Assembly: GCF_902713615.1 (NCBI RefSeq)
Contig: NW_024055461.1
Location: 932,966 to 992,805 of the forward strand
DNA length: 59,840 nucleotides
Direction: 5' to 3'
Source: Scyliorhinus canicula
Taxonomy: Eukaryota
The notes under the pieces were generated by a model. It was not told the DNA's origin, made no database searches, and saw only the letters and a program-made list of their open reading frames with translations. Positions 57,990 to 59,840 of this stretch are shown in pieces. Position 1 is the first letter of the stretch. Each line of letters starts with the position of its first letter. Made by a program: the position numbers and the translations under genes.

Positions 57990-59840
57990 TGAAGTCTTGC
58001 CCCACAGAATAATGCGCCAGATTTATTTTCATTGATTACCGCACAATCAACATCCTGGGGGTTGTCATTGACCGGAAACTGAACTGGACAAGCCAGACGA
58101 ATGCGGTGGCTGCCAGAGCAGTTCAAAGGGTAGAAACCCTGTGGCGAGTAACTCACATCCCGATTGCCCAAAGCCTGACCATCACCTGCTAGGCAAAAGT
58201 CTGAAGTGTAATGGAATACAAGCTCCACTTCTCTGGAGTGCAGCTCCAACAAATCTCAAGAAGCTTTCCACAATCATGGACATCGGTAAAGCATTTGATA
58301 AAGTTTCCCATGGCAGGTTGATGGAAAAAGTGAAGTCGTATGGGGTTCAGGGTGTACGAGCTCGATGGGTAAAGAACTGGCTGGGCAACAGGAGACAGAG
58401 TGCAGTGGTGGAAGGGAGTGTCTCAAAATGGAGAAAGGTGACTAGTGGTGTTCCACAGGGATCCGTGCTCGGACCACTGTTGTTTGTGATATATATAAAT
58501 GATCTGGACGAAGGTATAAGTGGTCTGATGAGCAAGTTTGCAGATGATACTGAGATTGATGCAGTTGCAGATAGCAAGGCGGCCTGTCAGAGAATACAGT
58601 AAAATACAGATAGATTGGAGTGTTGGGCAGAGAAATAGCAGATGGAGTTCAATCCAGGCAAATGCGAGGTGATGCATTTTGGAAGATTTAACTCAGGAGC
58701 AGACTGTATGGTCAATAGAAGAGTCCTGGGGAAAATTGATGTCCAGAGAGATCTGGGAGTCCAGGTCCATTGTACCCTGAAGGTGGCAACGCAGGTTGAT
58801 AGAGTGGTCAAGGAGGCATACAGCATGCTTGCCTTCATCGGATTGGGTATTGAGTACAAGAGTCAGCAGGTCATGTTACAGTTGTATCGGACTTTGGTTA
58901 GGCCACATTTGGAATACTGTGTGCAGTTCTGGTCGCCACGTTACCAGAAGGATGTGGATGCCTTGGAGAGGGTGCAGAGAAGGTTCACCAGGATGTTACC
59001 TGGTATGGAGGGTGCTAGCTATGAAGAAAGGTTGAGTAGATTAGGATTGTTTTCGTTGGAAAGATGGAGGTTGAGGAGAGACCTGAATGAGGTCTACAAA
59101 ATTATGAGAGGTATGGACAGGGTGGATAGCAACAAGCTTTTTCCAAGAGTGGGGGTGTCAGTTACAAGGGGTCACGATTTCAAGGTGAGAGGTGAAAAGT
59201 TTAAGGGAGATGTGCATGGAAAGTTTTTTACGCAGAGGGTGGTGGGTGCCTGGAATGCTTTGCCAGCAGAGGTGGTAGAGGCGGGTACGATAGCATCATT
59301 TAAAATGCATCTGGGCAGATATATGTACAGGTGGGGAACAGAGAGAAGTAGACCTTGGTAAATAGGCAACAGGTTTAGATAAAGGATCTGGATCGGCGGA
59401 GGCTGGGAGGGCCGTAGGGCCTGTTCCTGTGCTGTAATTTTCTTTAACTTTGTACCATCCAGGAAAAATCAGTCGCTTGATTGTTGCCATCCACAAGATT
59501 TACTGTTGGAACTAATGATGGTTTCATATTCAGCACCTACCAGACCCACGGCTACAACCATCAACAAGGACCAGAACAGCAGATACTTTGGAACACCAAC
59601 ACCTGGAGATTCCTCTCCAAGTCACTCAACACTTTGACTTGGAAATATATCGCCGTTCCTTCACTGTGGCTGGGTGAAAATACTGGATTTCTCTCACTAA
59701 TACAGTATGGGTGTAACTGCATATCAGGGACGGCAGCGATTCAAGGCGGCAGCTCACCACCACCTTCTGAATGCCAACTTGGAATGGGCCATAATTGCTG
59801 ACCAATCAGTGGCGCCATATCGCGCAAATGAATGAAAAAA
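57990..59840 (+). mobile_element. CR1/L2-type LINE fragment split by a CR1 RT insertion (~58276-59452)
   Basis: Host breaks at aagctttccacaatc and resumes at accatccagg; the insert encodes [25 protein letters not shown] and ORF 58642-59361. Confidence 0.85.

Overview
Eukaryotic DNA from a cartilaginous fish (shark; the SINE subfamilies look catshark/Scyliorhinus-like, which is inference). The window holds one complete, unrearranged, apparently functional cluster-type IgM heavy-chain locus on the minus strand: TATA promoter, leader (26394-26439), VH (25961-26265), D1, D2, JH (24689-24736), a 15.7-kb J-C intron, Cmu1-Cmu4 with secretory tail, TM1 and TM2. The RSS pattern is V-23 / 12-D1-22 / 12-D2-12 / 23-J. 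The most striking element is a ~4.8-kb array of 39-bp repeats ending ~0.7 kb upstream of Cmu1. On the Ig sense strand it is G-rich and carries the GAGCTGGGG motif of mammalian switch regions in most units, although canonical switch regions are not generally recognised in sharks. It sits back-to-back with a second G-rich array of opposite strand polarity, with a Penelope-derived hairpin at the skew inversion. Upstream of VH (27-60 kb) there are only repeats: tRNA-derived SINEs, CR1 and CR1/L2-type LINE fragments (one young CR1 with an 836-aa ORF), a Penelope element with inverted arms and a 13-bp TSD, a solo LTR, a dispersed 54-bp minisatellite and an old 5-6 kb tandem duplication. Coordinates were read by eye: exon and RSS boundaries are to the base, repeat boundaries are approximate.
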